DNA of 64,000 bases from positions 64,001 through 128,000 of IMG/VR virus record IMGVR_UViG_3300031251_000003; one strand, 5' to 3'. Shown piece by piece: positions 18,943 to 29,206 of this stretch (position 1 is the first letter of the stretch; the number at the start of each line of letters is the position of its first letter). The notes under the pieces are model-generated. The model was not told where the DNA came from. It saw only the letters and a program-made list of their open reading frames with translations, and searched no databases. This stretch comes from a virus. Both the position numbers and the translations under genes were made by a program.

Positions 18943-19577
18943 TGACTGTCGGAATAAACTTCAATTACACTCAGGGTGTCAAGCGGGCAGTTGTGTCTAC
19001 ACTTGAACCTATGATGAAAGATCCCAACTTCCCTATCCCCGAATTGACCGGTAATGTTACCGTTGGATTAGAGTACCCATTAACCAAGGCAAGTTACCCC
19101 GCTATCTTTATTACGTTTCAAGAAAGTCAGTTGAGAAATGTCGGAGTAGGAAATGAAGAGTTAGTCATTCAAGCTGATGGAACACCCACTCGTGTTAAGC
19201 ATTGGTATTTTATCGGAACAATTAACTTCAATATTCTAGCTTTATCTCCGATGGAACGTGATGAATTAGGATCCGTTTTAATTAATATCTTGGCATTTGG
19301 TGACACGAATAGTTGGCTGGGTAGATTCCAAAAGAATTTGATGGACGCATCTTACATAGAGGTTCAGTACCTCAAAGATATAATCCATCCAGGCGGCGAG
19401 CAAATTGGTACCGTTCCATGGGAAAGCACCACAGAGATGTCATTCGGAGTAAATTACTCGATAGATATCTTCGGTGAATTCTATAGTGATCCATGGACAG
19501 GAGATCTTATTCAGGTTGAGCATGTTGAGCTTTACCCTTATCTTCCTGGAACTACTCCACCGCTTGGAGATATCTAA
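18942..19577 (+). CDS. tail terminator/completion protein (putative)
   Basis: YP...YPAIFITF; immediately upstream of sheath. Confidence 0.55.
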   Translation: MTVGINFNYTQGVKRAVVSTLEPMMKDPNFPIPELTGNVTVGLEYPLTKASYPAIFITFQESQLRNVGVGNEELVIQADGTPTRVKHWYFIGTINFNILALSPMERDELGSVLINILAFGDTNSWLGRFQKNLMDASYIEVQYLKDIIHPGGEQIGTVPWESTTEMSFGVNYSIDIFGEFYSDPWTGDLIQVEHVELYPYLPGTTPPLGDI

Positions 19578-19680
19578 GATATACTATTTCATTAGTATAA
19601 CACTCAATAGGAATCTCCACTATAAAGAGGCAAAACTCTCAGGCTAATAGATGATGAATCTTTCGGGAGATAGAATTTAA

Positions 19681-21363
19681 ATGGCCTACACTTCGCCTGG
19701 TGTAACAGTAGTCGAGACTGTCAATCCTACAGTTGCGCCCATAGCTGGAAACCCTGCTGTTGTCGCCCTAGTTGGTGCAGCCTCAGGTACACAGTCAGCA
19801 TCCCAAGCGGTTACTCTACCAGGGACGCAGGCTATTACGCTTAACAACACAGGCATTACCACGAACACAATCGTAGTTAAGACCTATGCCGGGGTAACAG
19901 TTGGTGCTGGTAGTTACGCTGTCGTTCAATCCAGTGCAGGAACCTCTGCAATCGGTGATGAAGTTTACACTATCGCTCGTGTAGCTTCTCCTTCAACAGC
20001 ACCGACAACAGCGTCAACGGCAGGTGCTCTAACAGGTACTTATGTCTACGCAGTATCTTATATCAATGCTGGTGGAGAAACTGGTATCGGCCCAGCGAGC
20101 GCACCGATCACGCTTACCGCCCAGGGTACTAGCATTTCAGCTATCCCCATCGGTATATCGGGTACTACGTCGAGAAACATCTATCGTATTAGAACTGATG
20201 GAGATAACATCTACCATCTTGTCGCAACGATTGCTAACAACTCCGCGACAACTCTAACCGATAACGTATCAGATGCTACCGCTTCAACTGGTGCTCTTCC
20301 CAAGGGAGGCATTGGAGATGGAGATACCGTGTACGTTTCTTATAGCTACGCTGATCTTCAGTACTACCAGCCGACCTTGATGTCCAATTTCGGTGATGTC
20401 ACGAATAAGTACGGTCAGCCTTACGATACAAACGGTAACATTCTAAGCCCTCTTAGCTTTGCAGCTAGATTAGCGTATGTAAATGGAGCCTCAGATGTCG
20501 TCTGTGTTGCAGCCAAGTCTTCAGGACAAGCAGATATTCAGAGCGCACTTCAGCTACTCGAATCAGATCCTACTATCAGGATCGTAGTAGTTGCCGAAGG
20601 TAGCGCCGGAACTCTTGCCTCTGTAGCGGCTCATTGTAACACCACGATTTCACAGGGATTGTATCGAATCGGTGTATGTGGACTCGATGGTACAAGTACT
20701 GCTATCACACCGGCAAGCCTTCGATCTTCTGCCCAAGGTATCAACTTCCAGGCAATTCGTCTCGTAAGCCCGACGAGTTTCCAGATGCAAAACCCGGTAT
20801 CCCCAGCAGCCAGTCTTAACGTTGGTGGTCAGTACATGGCGGCGGCATTAGCAGGAATGTATGCAGCCCGAGACGTACAGATTCCATTGACTAGAAAGTC
20901 AATTGCAGGGTTCACTGGTATAAACGATATTCGTACAGCAAGTGATCTCGTTCTAGATGCAACCGCTGGTCTACTTGCAGTCAAGCTCCTTGGTGGGGTT
21001 CTATTAGTAAATCACGATATAACCACCGCTGTAGGTAACGTTAACACTCGTGAGGCTTCAGTGGTTCGTGCTAAGTACGAGATGGCTACGCGACTCAAGC
21101 TCACACTTGACTCTGGGGTTGTCGGTTTGGTTGCACCTACTGACCGAGCAATCTTGGTTGTACAGAGCACCATCGTTGGAGTCTTGGAGCAGATGGTTCT
21201 TGAACAAGCTATCCAGTCCTACAGTGATGTTGCGGCTGTGGTCGCTAATGCTGATCCGACAACAGTGCAGGCTCAGTTCATGTATGTTCCTGCATACCCG
21301 ATCAACAACATTATTGTTCAACTAGCAATCAATACTACGAGTGGAGAGTTTACTCTTCAATAA
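19681..21363 (+). CDS. tail sheath protein
   Basis: N-term YTSPGVTVVET; C-term YVPAYPINNIIV. Confidence 0.88.
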   Translation: MAYTSPGVTVVETVNPTVAPIAGNPAVVALVGAASGTQSASQAVTLPGTQAITLNNTGITTNTIVVKTYAGVTVGAGSYAVVQSSAGTSAIGDEVYTIARVASPSTAPTTASTAGALTGTYVYAVSYINAGGETGIGPASAPITLTAQGTSISAIPIGISGTTSRNIYRIRTDGDNIYHLVATIANNSATTLTDNVSDATASTGALPKGGIGDGDTVYVSYSYADLQYYQPTLMSNFGDVTNKYGQPYDTNGNILSPLSFAARLAYVNGASDVVCVAAKSSGQADIQSALQLLESDPTIRIVVVAEGSAGTLASVAAHCNTTISQGLYRIGVCGLDGTSTAITPASLRSSAQGINFQAIRLVSPTSFQMQNPVSPAASLNVGGQYMAAALAGMYAARDVQIPLTRKSIAGFTGINDIRTASDLVLDATAGLLAVKLLGGVLLVNHDITTAVGNVNTREASVVRAKYEMATRLKLTLDSGVVGLVAPTDRAILVVQSTIVGVLEQMVLEQAIQSYSDVAAVVANADPTTVQAQFMYVPAYPINNIIVQLAINTTSGEFTLQ

Positions 21364-21375
21364 ACCGAGGGAATA

Positions 21376-21891
21376 ATGGCAGTAGCAAGAGTAGGTGGCG
21401 GGTTTACCGTCTTCCATTGGAGTAATTCAACTGATCCGGGTAAGGTTATCGGATACGCTGATCGCGTTCAGAAAACTGCTGTACAGCCGGTTGCAACTCC
21501 GGTTGACGTACAGCCCATGAATGCTCTTCGTCCGCTAGAGATTGCGGTACCGAGAGCACATATTCATGGTGTTCTTACTCTCACATTGACTGAACTTTAC
21601 AATCAGGCTGTGTGGCAGAGACTAGCGGGACTTGCTAACTCTAACGATATCATCGATATCATGGAGTACATGGCGGGTCTTGATCAAGGTGTCATGATCA
21701 CCGAATACATCGAGCCGCCTAACGGTAAGACTTACAGTGAGACGTTCTATAACTGTATGATTACCCGCGTTGGTGACGACGAGGATATTCGTATCGACAC
21801 AATGTTGGTGAACAAGGATCTTGAAGTATGGTACACATACAGCAAGAAGAACTGGATCAACTCACCGGCACGACCCGCGACGTTTACTTAA
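21376..21891 (+). CDS. tail tube protein
   Basis: Follows sheath; 171 aa; FYNCMIT. Confidence 0.75.
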   Translation: MAVARVGGGFTVFHWSNSTDPGKVIGYADRVQKTAVQPVATPVDVQPMNALRPLEIAVPRAHIHGVLTLTLTELYNQAVWQRLAGLANSNDIIDIMEYMAGLDQGVMITEYIEPPNGKTYSETFYNCMITRVGDDEDIRIDTMLVNKDLEVWYTYSKKNWINSPARPATFT

Positions 21892-21917
21892 AATCTTTTC
21901 TATAAGCGAGGTTAGGG

Positions 21918-22361
21918 ATGACGACGCCTTTAGAGGCAGCTTTTGATGTGCCTGTATTTGAGGAACCTGAGATTCAGGAAGATCCCATTGCAGATGACAC
22001 ATACAGTTTACTTCAGTTAGGATACCTGACTGACACAGTTACGATTGGGACGCATGTGATCCGTATTCGGACTCTCAAGATTGGAGAGGAACTGAATGCG
22101 GCCTTACTCGCTAACAAGTACAAGGATACAGCCGAAGAAGCAAGAGCCTTCGCAACAGCATTGGTTGCTGGCTCGATTGTTTCGGTGGACAATGCACCAT
22201 TACTTGGTGAATTACTCGGCCCCCGAGATGATGCATTGGAAGCTAAGTTCGACTTCATCCTTGCTAACTGGCATTGGGAGCCGATTAACCGGCTCTGGGT
22301 TAAGTACAATGAGCTACTTAATCGTGTTCGTGAGTCGGCAGACGAACTAAAAAAAGACTAA
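21918..22361 (+). CDS. tail assembly chaperone
   Basis: IRTLKIGEE; ends in slippery A AAA AAA G. Confidence 0.75.
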   Translation: MTTPLEAAFDVPVFEEPEIQEDPIADDTYSLLQLGYLTDTVTIGTHVIRIRTLKIGEELNAALLANKYKDTAEEARAFATALVAGSIVSVDNAPLLGELLGPRDDALEAKFDFILANWHWEPINRLWVKYNELLNRVRESADELKKD

Positions 22362-22675
22362 AGGCCGAGTCTGAGTTAGTAGGAAATCTGTTGAGACTCT
22401 TAGATCGCCAAGGACTTCTTAAGGGAGATCTGAATATTTTGCAACAGAACGGATTAGCATGGGTCTTGGGTTATGAATCTCAACAAATGGTTGACTTCGA
22501 GAAGTATCGAACGATCAACACAGGGCTAGTGACTAACCCAGCTACCTCTAAGGGGTTCCTCAAGAGACTTCTTGATGAACAAGAGCCGCAAACGATCCAT
22601 GAATCAAGCGATGAGTGGATGACCCCTCAGTCACTTCAAGATATCGAAGCCTTTTTGCAGCAGACGGTTACGTAG
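22355..22675 (+). CDS. -1 frameshift extension of tail assembly chaperone
   Basis: -1 frame is open from the slip site into ORF 22391..22675. Confidence 0.7.
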   Translation, partial: RLKAESELVGNLLRLLDRQGLLKGDLNILQQNGLAWVLGYESQQMVDFEKYRTINTGLVTNPATSKGFLKRLLDEQEPQTIHESSDEWMTPQSLQDIEAFLQQTVT

Positions 22676-22829
22676 TGTCGTTGCCGAACAGGGTGCCCAG
22701 GAGCAACATGAAAATCACGAAGGCAATAACTCCACCGATGACCGGGATGGTCAAAGCTCCGAGCACTACGAAGATCATTCCGAAGAAGATGAATAATCCG
22801 TACCCTATATTTGAAGCTAACTGTTTCAT
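22668..22829 (-). CDS. small membrane protein (53 aa) on the opposite strand
   Basis: MKQLASNIGYGLFIFFGMIFVVLGALTIPVIGGVIAFVIFMLLLGTLFGNDTT; RBS GAAAGGAT; own promoter. Confidence 0.7.
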   Translation of the reverse strand: MKQLASNIGYGLFIFFGMIFVVLGALTIPVIGGVIAFVIFMLLLGTLFGNDTT

Positions 22830-22850
22830 AGTTTTATCCTTTCAATCACT

Positions 22851-22879
22851 ATTATATCACTAATTATGTGGATGTCAAA
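22851..22879 (-). promoter_or_regulatory. sigma70-type promoter (antisense to the tail operon)
   Basis: TTGACA-17-TATAAT. Confidence 0.8.
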
Positions 22880-25167
22880 TGGCCGATATAAGTAATAGTC
22901 CTTTTTTTGATTCAGGATCCCAACGTAGAATTAACCCTTTGACGTTTGATCCTGGGCAATTCCCTCCTGGTCAACCTACCCCAACTCATCCTCTGTTATA
23001 TCAGATTCCTACTGTTGGCAGAGAACAGGTAGACCTTACGAATATCCTTAAAACCAATCTAGAAGTACTGGTGGGATTAGGCAATCAAACAAATAGGAGT
23101 CTTGGAGGCATTAATAATCTCCTTAATAGGACTGTGCAGCACTATGACAATATGGTAAATAGTGCTCAGCAACTTAATATCGAAACACAAAAGGGTGCAG
23201 AACAAAATCAGCAAATGATCGAGTTCGCTCAAGCCAGAGAACGGGCAGAGAAGCAAGTCAATGCTGCTATGGAGAAAGGTTTAAACTCACTAAGAACACA
23301 GTTTCAACTTGCCGGAATGTTAAAGAAAGAGAAGATCACTTATGCTGATTCCCAAGGTAGACCAAGATCTATTGATTTAAATCAGTTTTCTTCTCTTCCA
23401 CAAGAACAACAAGATCTTATCAAGAGGCAAGTTGTCTCAGGTATAGCTTCGGCTTCTCCTGGTAAGGCATCATTCAGTCAAGCATTTCAGCATATCCTTC
23501 ACGGAAACCTTGGAGCAGCAGTTGGTGAGCTAGTACAGGCACTACCGGGTACCAGCGGATTTGCAATGAAAGCTGCCGAAAAAGGAGCAGCTATTCAAGC
23601 CGGTGCAGGAGAGGGAATGACAGGGATGTTACAAAGAGGGCTTGGAGGACTTGTAGCATCGGGTGGAGAGTTCTTGGTTTCACCGGCAGCAGTATATTTG
23701 GTTCAGCGAGAGGTACGCCAAGGGATTAGAGCTTATCAGGAAAACCTTAGAACTGGTATGCAGACAGGTCTACAGGGTGGTTCAGCAGTAACGGAATCTA
23801 TTGGAGCTAATATCCGAGCGCACTTCGAGGCGCTGAACCCCTTCGACGCTTTGACGACCAGCATGGCAGAACAGATTTCCAAGGGGATTATGAGTGAAGG
23901 GTTCTCTGGGCCGATAAGAGCGGCATGGCAGGACTCAGTAACCGATGTGGTCAAGCAGACTGGATTAGACGCTAGCCAAGCTCTACAACTAATGACAACA
24001 GCAGTAGACCAATTAGGGTCTAGCGCTGACCAGTTCCGTAGCAACATGGGACTCGTTGAGCTAACCTCTAAACAAACTACTCTAAGTGTCGAGCAAGCGG
24101 CACAGTCCATGCAAGCTTTACAGTCACAGTTCGCCCCTAAGGGTGGAGCAGCCGGTGCTCAAGCTGTAGCTCCTGGTGGACAAGTATTCCAATCTCAGAT
24201 CACAAAGTTCTCCCGAATTGCAGGAGCAGGGTTAGCTCAGAGACTAATCCCAGCTATAGGGCAGAATTGGCAGATGTTGGTCACCAGGGCCGGACTCAAT
24301 CCCGCTGATGCATTTACACCACAGGTTGAAAAGCAGTTCCTAAAAGTTTTGGATGCTAATGGTCAGTGGTTATGGAACCTCAAGAATTCAAATCCGCTAT
24401 GGAGAAATATGGGATTAGGGCTTTGGGTAGGTCATATGGAAGGTATGTCTCCACAACTATTCGATACCCTATTGGGGCCGGGTGTCCAGAATTCAGATGT
24501 TGTAGCCTTTATGAATGCAACCAAGGGTCACGGGTTAGAGGTTCAGCAAGCCAAGACTGCCGCTGATCAACTCAAGACAGAGACTAAACCACAGGCTCAG
24601 CATAGAGGATTCTTTGGTGGACTCCTTCATGGTGGTCTTCATGTTATAACTGCCGGTACCCATGAAGTAGGGAATATAGCTAGCATCCCAGGAAAGTATC
24701 TAGGGAAGGGTGTGGCCGAAACCCTTCGTGATGTCGGTGTACCGAAGGATCTAGCTAATCAGATCGGAGGAATTAGTGGTGAGACTGGTGGGGATCTTGT
24801 ACCCGGAGCCTTGTTCAAGCATCTGCCAATCTATAACGATTACAGTTTCTCGAAAACACAAAATCAGATGCTCAAAGTTGCTTCACAGCAATTGAATTCA
24901 TTGAATATCCCGAGCAAATACAGAGATGAAATCCTTGCCCCATTACGCGAAGCCAATTCTATTGATCAGCTTCGTGGATCGGCCGCGAAAGCATATCAAG
25001 ATCAAGTAGTGAAGATTGAGATAGACCTTCATCCTAATGCCAAGAAGTTGATTCTTGCTCGAACAGATCCATCCTCGCAGCAGAAGTACCACGATTCCCG
25101 CAGCGCTAAATCAGGTACACAGGGTATGCCAACTACAGCAAACAACTCATCCTATTACGGTCAATAA
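22879..25167 (+). CDS. tape measure protein
   Basis: 762 aa, A/G/Q-rich, follows chaperones. Confidence 0.75.
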   Translation: MADISNSPFFDSGSQRRINPLTFDPGQFPPGQPTPTHPLLYQIPTVGREQVDLTNILKTNLEVLVGLGNQTNRSLGGINNLLNRTVQHYDNMVNSAQQLNIETQKGAEQNQQMIEFAQARERAEKQVNAAMEKGLNSLRTQFQLAGMLKKEKITYADSQGRPRSIDLNQFSSLPQEQQDLIKRQVVSGIASASPGKASFSQAFQHILHGNLGAAVGELVQALPGTSGFAMKAAEKGAAIQAGAGEGMTGMLQRGLGGLVASGGEFLVSPAAVYLVQREVRQGIRAYQENLRTGMQTGLQGGSAVTESIGANIRAHFEALNPFDALTTSMAEQISKGIMSEGFSGPIRAAWQDSVTDVVKQTGLDASQALQLMTTAVDQLGSSADQFRSNMGLVELTSKQTTLSVEQAAQSMQALQSQFAPKGGAAGAQAVAPGGQVFQSQITKFSRIAGAGLAQRLIPAIGQNWQMLVTRAGLNPADAFTPQVEKQFLKVLDANGQWLWNLKNSNPLWRNMGLGLWVGHMEGMSPQLFDTLLGPGVQNSDVVAFMNATKGHGLEVQQAKTAADQLKTETKPQAQHRGFFGGLLHGGLHVITAGTHEVGNIASIPGKYLGKGVAETLRDVGVPKDLANQIGGISGETGGDLVPGALFKHLPIYNDYSFSKTQNQMLKVASQQLNSLNIPSKYRDEILAPLREANSIDQLRGSAAKAYQDQVVKIEIDLHPNAKKLILARTDPSSQQKYHDSRSAKSGTQGMPTTANNSSYYGQ

Positions 25168-26093
25168 TGGCTACGATATTCTCTCATCCAAATCTCAAGA
25201 CAGATCTAATATTGCGGCTAGACCCTACTGAAGTTGACTGGACATACAATCTCAATACTTCAGAGACAGCCACGTATGCAGGCCAGGTTGTTCAGATCCT
25301 CAGTGTGAACTTTGAGAGCTTTGTCATTCAAGGCAGATTTGGACGAGAAGCTAGAGATGATTATACCAGAGAAGGTGCGGCCCTAGTTAGGAAGCCACAG
25401 GGGAACCCGCTAACATCAGGAGCTTATGGGCCAGGATTGTTTCAAATGCATGAATGGTTCAAGCAGTATTTCTCTATAGCATCTCAGGGAATCAATGGTC
25501 AGGACAACTACAACCAGAGTCCGGTAACAGTAACCTACCGAGGAACTTATGATATCCCGGTCGATGATGATAAATCTGAAACTAGTTGGAAGGTATACCC
25601 AACTAGCTTTCCTAGCTTCCGAATTGCAAACGATAATTTCGCCCCGGAATGGAAAGTGGAATGTCAAGTCTATGAAGCGCCTAGTTCTATATCAACCTCT
25701 ACAATCGATGAAGCAATCGATAGATTACAGTATCAGCCTTTGTATCAGCCGGGTTCCAAGTGGAGTGATCCTAATCCTATCTCCGGTAATCCTACGCCAT
25801 CCCAACTAAGAGATGCAGCCCAAGCTGTATTCAACTCTTTGAATCAGGCAGCGGATATCTTTATTCAGAATCTACCGACCTATACTGCTTCAGATTTAGA
25901 AGAAATGATCGTAAAGGGATTCTCCACACCGCAGAGTGCTTCTGTTGGAAGTCAGGCGAAACCACAACAAGAAGTGATACCGGGTAACCTTTTCTCTGGT
26001 GATCCATTCTCGTTAGATCAGATCCTACCGGGTGTAGACGTAAATCCAGCTACAAATCCCAATGCTGCTGGGCCAGTGAAAGGAGGATCATAA
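25167..26093 (+). CDS. tail tube initiator/baseplate protein (putative)
   Basis: Position after TMP. Confidence 0.55.
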   Translation: MATIFSHPNLKTDLILRLDPTEVDWTYNLNTSETATYAGQVVQILSVNFESFVIQGRFGREARDDYTREGAALVRKPQGNPLTSGAYGPGLFQMHEWFKQYFSIASQGINGQDNYNQSPVTVTYRGTYDIPVDDDKSETSWKVYPTSFPSFRIANDNFAPEWKVECQVYEAPSSISTSTIDEAIDRLQYQPLYQPGSKWSDPNPISGNPTPSQLRDAAQAVFNSLNQAADIFIQNLPTYTASDLEEMIVKGFSTPQSASVGSQAKPQQEVIPGNLFSGDPFSLDQILPGVDVNPATNPNAAGPVKGGS

Positions 26094-26645
26094 ATGGCAC
26101 AATGGGGAACACTTAGTTACATCGATGTTCAGGGGAACAGCCTTACTCACGACATCAAGATAACGAGCATAGATCAGCAGCAGTCCTTAGAAGGTCAGTC
26201 TTATCAAAGTCGTTCTAAGAGACATTTCTATCCTCGATCCCATATGCCGGGAGATATTCTCGTGGCTGGGATCTGTTCTAAGAGTAATCTAGGAGATGGT
26301 CAACAAACCTATCAGGCTTTAGCTGCATTTATTCGTCACCATCAGAGAGTGTTGTTAGGTGTACCTAGTGGCAATTTCCAGTTTAAAACAAATGCAGCAA
26401 GTAAATCACTTTTAACTTTGAATATCCCTACAGAGAATAGCGAATGGCAAGGATTCATTAAACAATTTGGAATGGTAAAGAAAGGAGTTTATGAACCAGC
26501 ACCAACTTACTTATTTAACTTCTTTGTTGTATTCGATAATTCTTCTGTAAATATCGGAATATCGAATCGTGTTTCAGCATATTACACAGCAGGGGCACAA
26601 ACTCCACCCCCGCCGAATTTGGCACAGATAATAAAGAACACTTAA
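26094..26645 (+). CDS. baseplate protein (putative)
   Basis: Position; coupled ORF. Confidence 0.5.
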   Translation: MAQWGTLSYIDVQGNSLTHDIKITSIDQQQSLEGQSYQSRSKRHFYPRSHMPGDILVAGICSKSNLGDGQQTYQALAAFIRHHQRVLLGVPSGNFQFKTNAASKSLLTLNIPTENSEWQGFIKQFGMVKKGVYEPAPTYLFNFFVVFDNSSVNIGISNRVSAYYTAGAQTPPPPNLAQIIKNT

Positions 26646-29206
26646 TGGAAAGATTAGTATACAATCCAAAGGTAGAATGTCTCATCATGCTAGAGGATGA
26701 AACGAGGCAGATAGATGTAACTCCTGATATCGTCAGCGGTACTATCAATCGACGCCTTAATGCCATGAGTGATATGTCTCTGACTCTTCAGAACAAGGAC
26801 GGGCGCTACACCAAGACAGATCTCATTCAGCCAATGGATCGTATCATTGTACGCATGTGTAGGGTTGGACAACCCTTCCTGACATTTAGTGGATTTGTCG
26901 ATGATGCTCCATACTATCAAATCTACCCCGGTACAGTGACGTTAGCGGCGAGTGATACACTGAAACTTCTCGCTAATACTTACTTTGATCCAGGACTTGT
27001 TGCGTTGCAAATGTGGTTCCAAAGTAAAGGATGGACTTATGATGCTGCTGCTGGGACTCTTTTGAAGTTTAGCAATGGCGGTGGAGTAGGTAATGACGAT
27101 CTCTTTGGGAACATGGGAGATCTGATTCAGTCCATGCTGATGGAGATAGCAAATTGGCCCAAAGACTCTATAGCAATTTATAACATTCCAATAACATTTA
27201 TTCAAAGTATTGCTAATGTATTGCAGGATGTAAATGCTGACGCCGAACAAACCTACAAGGAATCCGTGATTCTTTTGGATAAACTCTATGGTTCTACATC
27301 ATCCAATTTACAGAGTACAGGTGGTGGAACCATAACAAGCCCAGGAGCTTCGACGGGTGGCGGAAACATTAGTGGAAATGATGTAGCTAAGCTGGCTCTC
27401 AATGCTGGATTCTCAGGTGACAGTGCGGTAAAAGCTGTAGCCATTTCTAATGCAGAAAGTTCTTTCGTTACGAATGCCATGAACTTTAATTCAGATGGTT
27501 CTTATGATGTCGGACTGTGGCAAATCAATACCGTCCACACTTCGGGTGGAACCGGATTAACTGCGCCTCCCGGTGGAGTAGGAACCCTCAAGATGCCAGA
27601 AGATTGGTATGCTGTCAAGCCATCCCTGCCTTCCTCCGTTGCAGCATATATCGAAAGTATGTTCGTCCCGGCGACTAATGCCGGTGCTGCATTCTCGATC
27701 TCTAGTTCAGGTACAAGCTTCTCTCCTTGGTCAACATTCAATAATGGTGATTATCTATCTCATATGAGTGATGCAGCAGGATTCGTTCAAGGTGGAGCAA
27801 GTTCTTTGTCGGCAGGAACCTTGGGCCAACTAGCTAAAAATTCAAATGATACAACGCAGGCCACCACAAATCAAGCTCAGACGACAACCATTGCCGACAA
27901 CATTGTCAAGATAGCAGAGGGTGAAGCATCCAAGGGAATTAGGGAAATTGGTGATACTAACTCTGGCCCCGAGATCCAGAAGTATCAAGCTGTCACGGGT
28001 GCATTCGGTGAGGCTTGGTGTGCGTCATTCGTTCAGTGGGTCTACAAGACCGCAGGACGACCGTTGACGGAAACGGGATATACAGCGGGTGTAGGATCAA
28101 TGCAAGCAACAGCAGCGAGTAAGAATTGGGATATTGGTTCTCCACGCCCTGGCGATATCGTTATGTGGAGTGACGATCATACAGGGATTGTTACAGGCGT
28201 ACAAGGCAATCAGTTCTGGACGGTTGAAGGTAACTCATCCGATGGAGTAAACGCTCGTGGCCCATATACCATCGGTGTAGCGACTCCTGATGTCGATGGT
28301 GCTGTCCCGACATTTGCTCATCCATCGGGAATCGGATCATCAGCGGCTAACTACGTAGGAACCGATGCAAACACAACAGGTGTCGGCGGTAACCAGGATC
28401 TATCAACCCTTACAGTAGCACAAATTGCTCAACTTGGTAACCAGGGTGCATTCTACACACAGCAATTCCAGAGTTCGGATGTACTTCTTTCTCAATCTCT
28501 AACAGGTGCCCGTGCTTTAGCGAACGACCAGCCGATCCTAGAATGGATAGATACCGCTGTGCAGTCATCCGGTCGCGTCTACTGTACCACCCCAAGTGGT
28601 AAGTTTTTGGCATTCTTTCCAGATCGTTGGGGCTTCTTTGAGCGAACCCCTTACTTCCACATCAACGATATAGAAATAATAGATTTAACCATTAACAAGA
28701 ACGACACAAACCTTACTACACATGTGTTCACTAGTGGCCCAATCCTTCCAGCTTCCGGGATCACTATCATTGACCGTATGAGATCCATGGTGGCTTCAAT
28801 CGAGGATGAGGCATTTCCATTCTTCGTTCCGACCAGCAAGCCTCTCAATGCACTAGACTTCTTAAAGAGGTATGGTGCTCGCCCCTTTGTGAACGATATC
28901 CAGAATATCAACAACCCCTTCTTACTTTGGATGCACGGTTGGATGAAGTTCATCGAGCTATGGTCACAGAGATTTACTTCCAGCGCTTCGTTTACATTCA
29001 TGCCCGAGATTCTACCCGGTGGTCTAGTTTCTTTTGGTAATCGTGTCCAAATGTTTGTGGAGAGTGTAACCCATAACTTTGATTTGAGTGGCGGGTTTAC
29101 CACCAATGCAGAACTATCATCTCTCACCGCCTTGCAAGGAACTAATCAATTCCCCGATCTTACGGCTCCTGCACTTGAAGGTGGATTCGGAGTACAGACT
29201 ACATAA
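26645..29206 (+). CDS. baseplate hub with lytic transglycosylase and CHAP domains
   Basis: AISNAESS..DVGLWQIN (SLT-like); AWCASFVQW..HTGIV..TVEGN (CHAP). Confidence 0.82.
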   Translation: MERLVYNPKVECLIMLEDETRQIDVTPDIVSGTINRRLNAMSDMSLTLQNKDGRYTKTDLIQPMDRIIVRMCRVGQPFLTFSGFVDDAPYYQIYPGTVTLAASDTLKLLANTYFDPGLVALQMWFQSKGWTYDAAAGTLLKFSNGGGVGNDDLFGNMGDLIQSMLMEIANWPKDSIAIYNIPITFIQSIANVLQDVNADAEQTYKESVILLDKLYGSTSSNLQSTGGGTITSPGASTGGGNISGNDVAKLALNAGFSGDSAVKAVAISNAESSFVTNAMNFNSDGSYDVGLWQINTVHTSGGTGLTAPPGGVGTLKMPEDWYAVKPSLPSSVAAYIESMFVPATNAGAAFSISSSGTSFSPWSTFNNGDYLSHMSDAAGFVQGGASSLSAGTLGQLAKNSNDTTQATTNQAQTTTIADNIVKIAEGEASKGIREIGDTNSGPEIQKYQAVTGAFGEAWCASFVQWVYKTAGRPLTETGYTAGVGSMQATAASKNWDIGSPRPGDIVMWSDDHTGIVTGVQGNQFWTVEGNSSDGVNARGPYTIGVATPDVDGAVPTFAHPSGIGSSAANYVGTDANTTGVGGNQDLSTLTVAQIAQLGNQGAFYTQQFQSSDVLLSQSLTGARALANDQPILEWIDTAVQSSGRVYCTTPSGKFLAFFPDRWGFFERTPYFHINDIEIIDLTINKNDTNLTTHVFTSGPILPASGITIIDRMRSMVASIEDEAFPFFVPTSKPLNALDFLKRYGARPFVNDIQNINNPFLLWMHGWMKFIELWSQRFTSSASFTFMPEILPGGLVSFGNRVQMFVESVTHNFDLSGGFTTNAELSSLTALQGTNQFPDLTAPALEGGFGVQTT

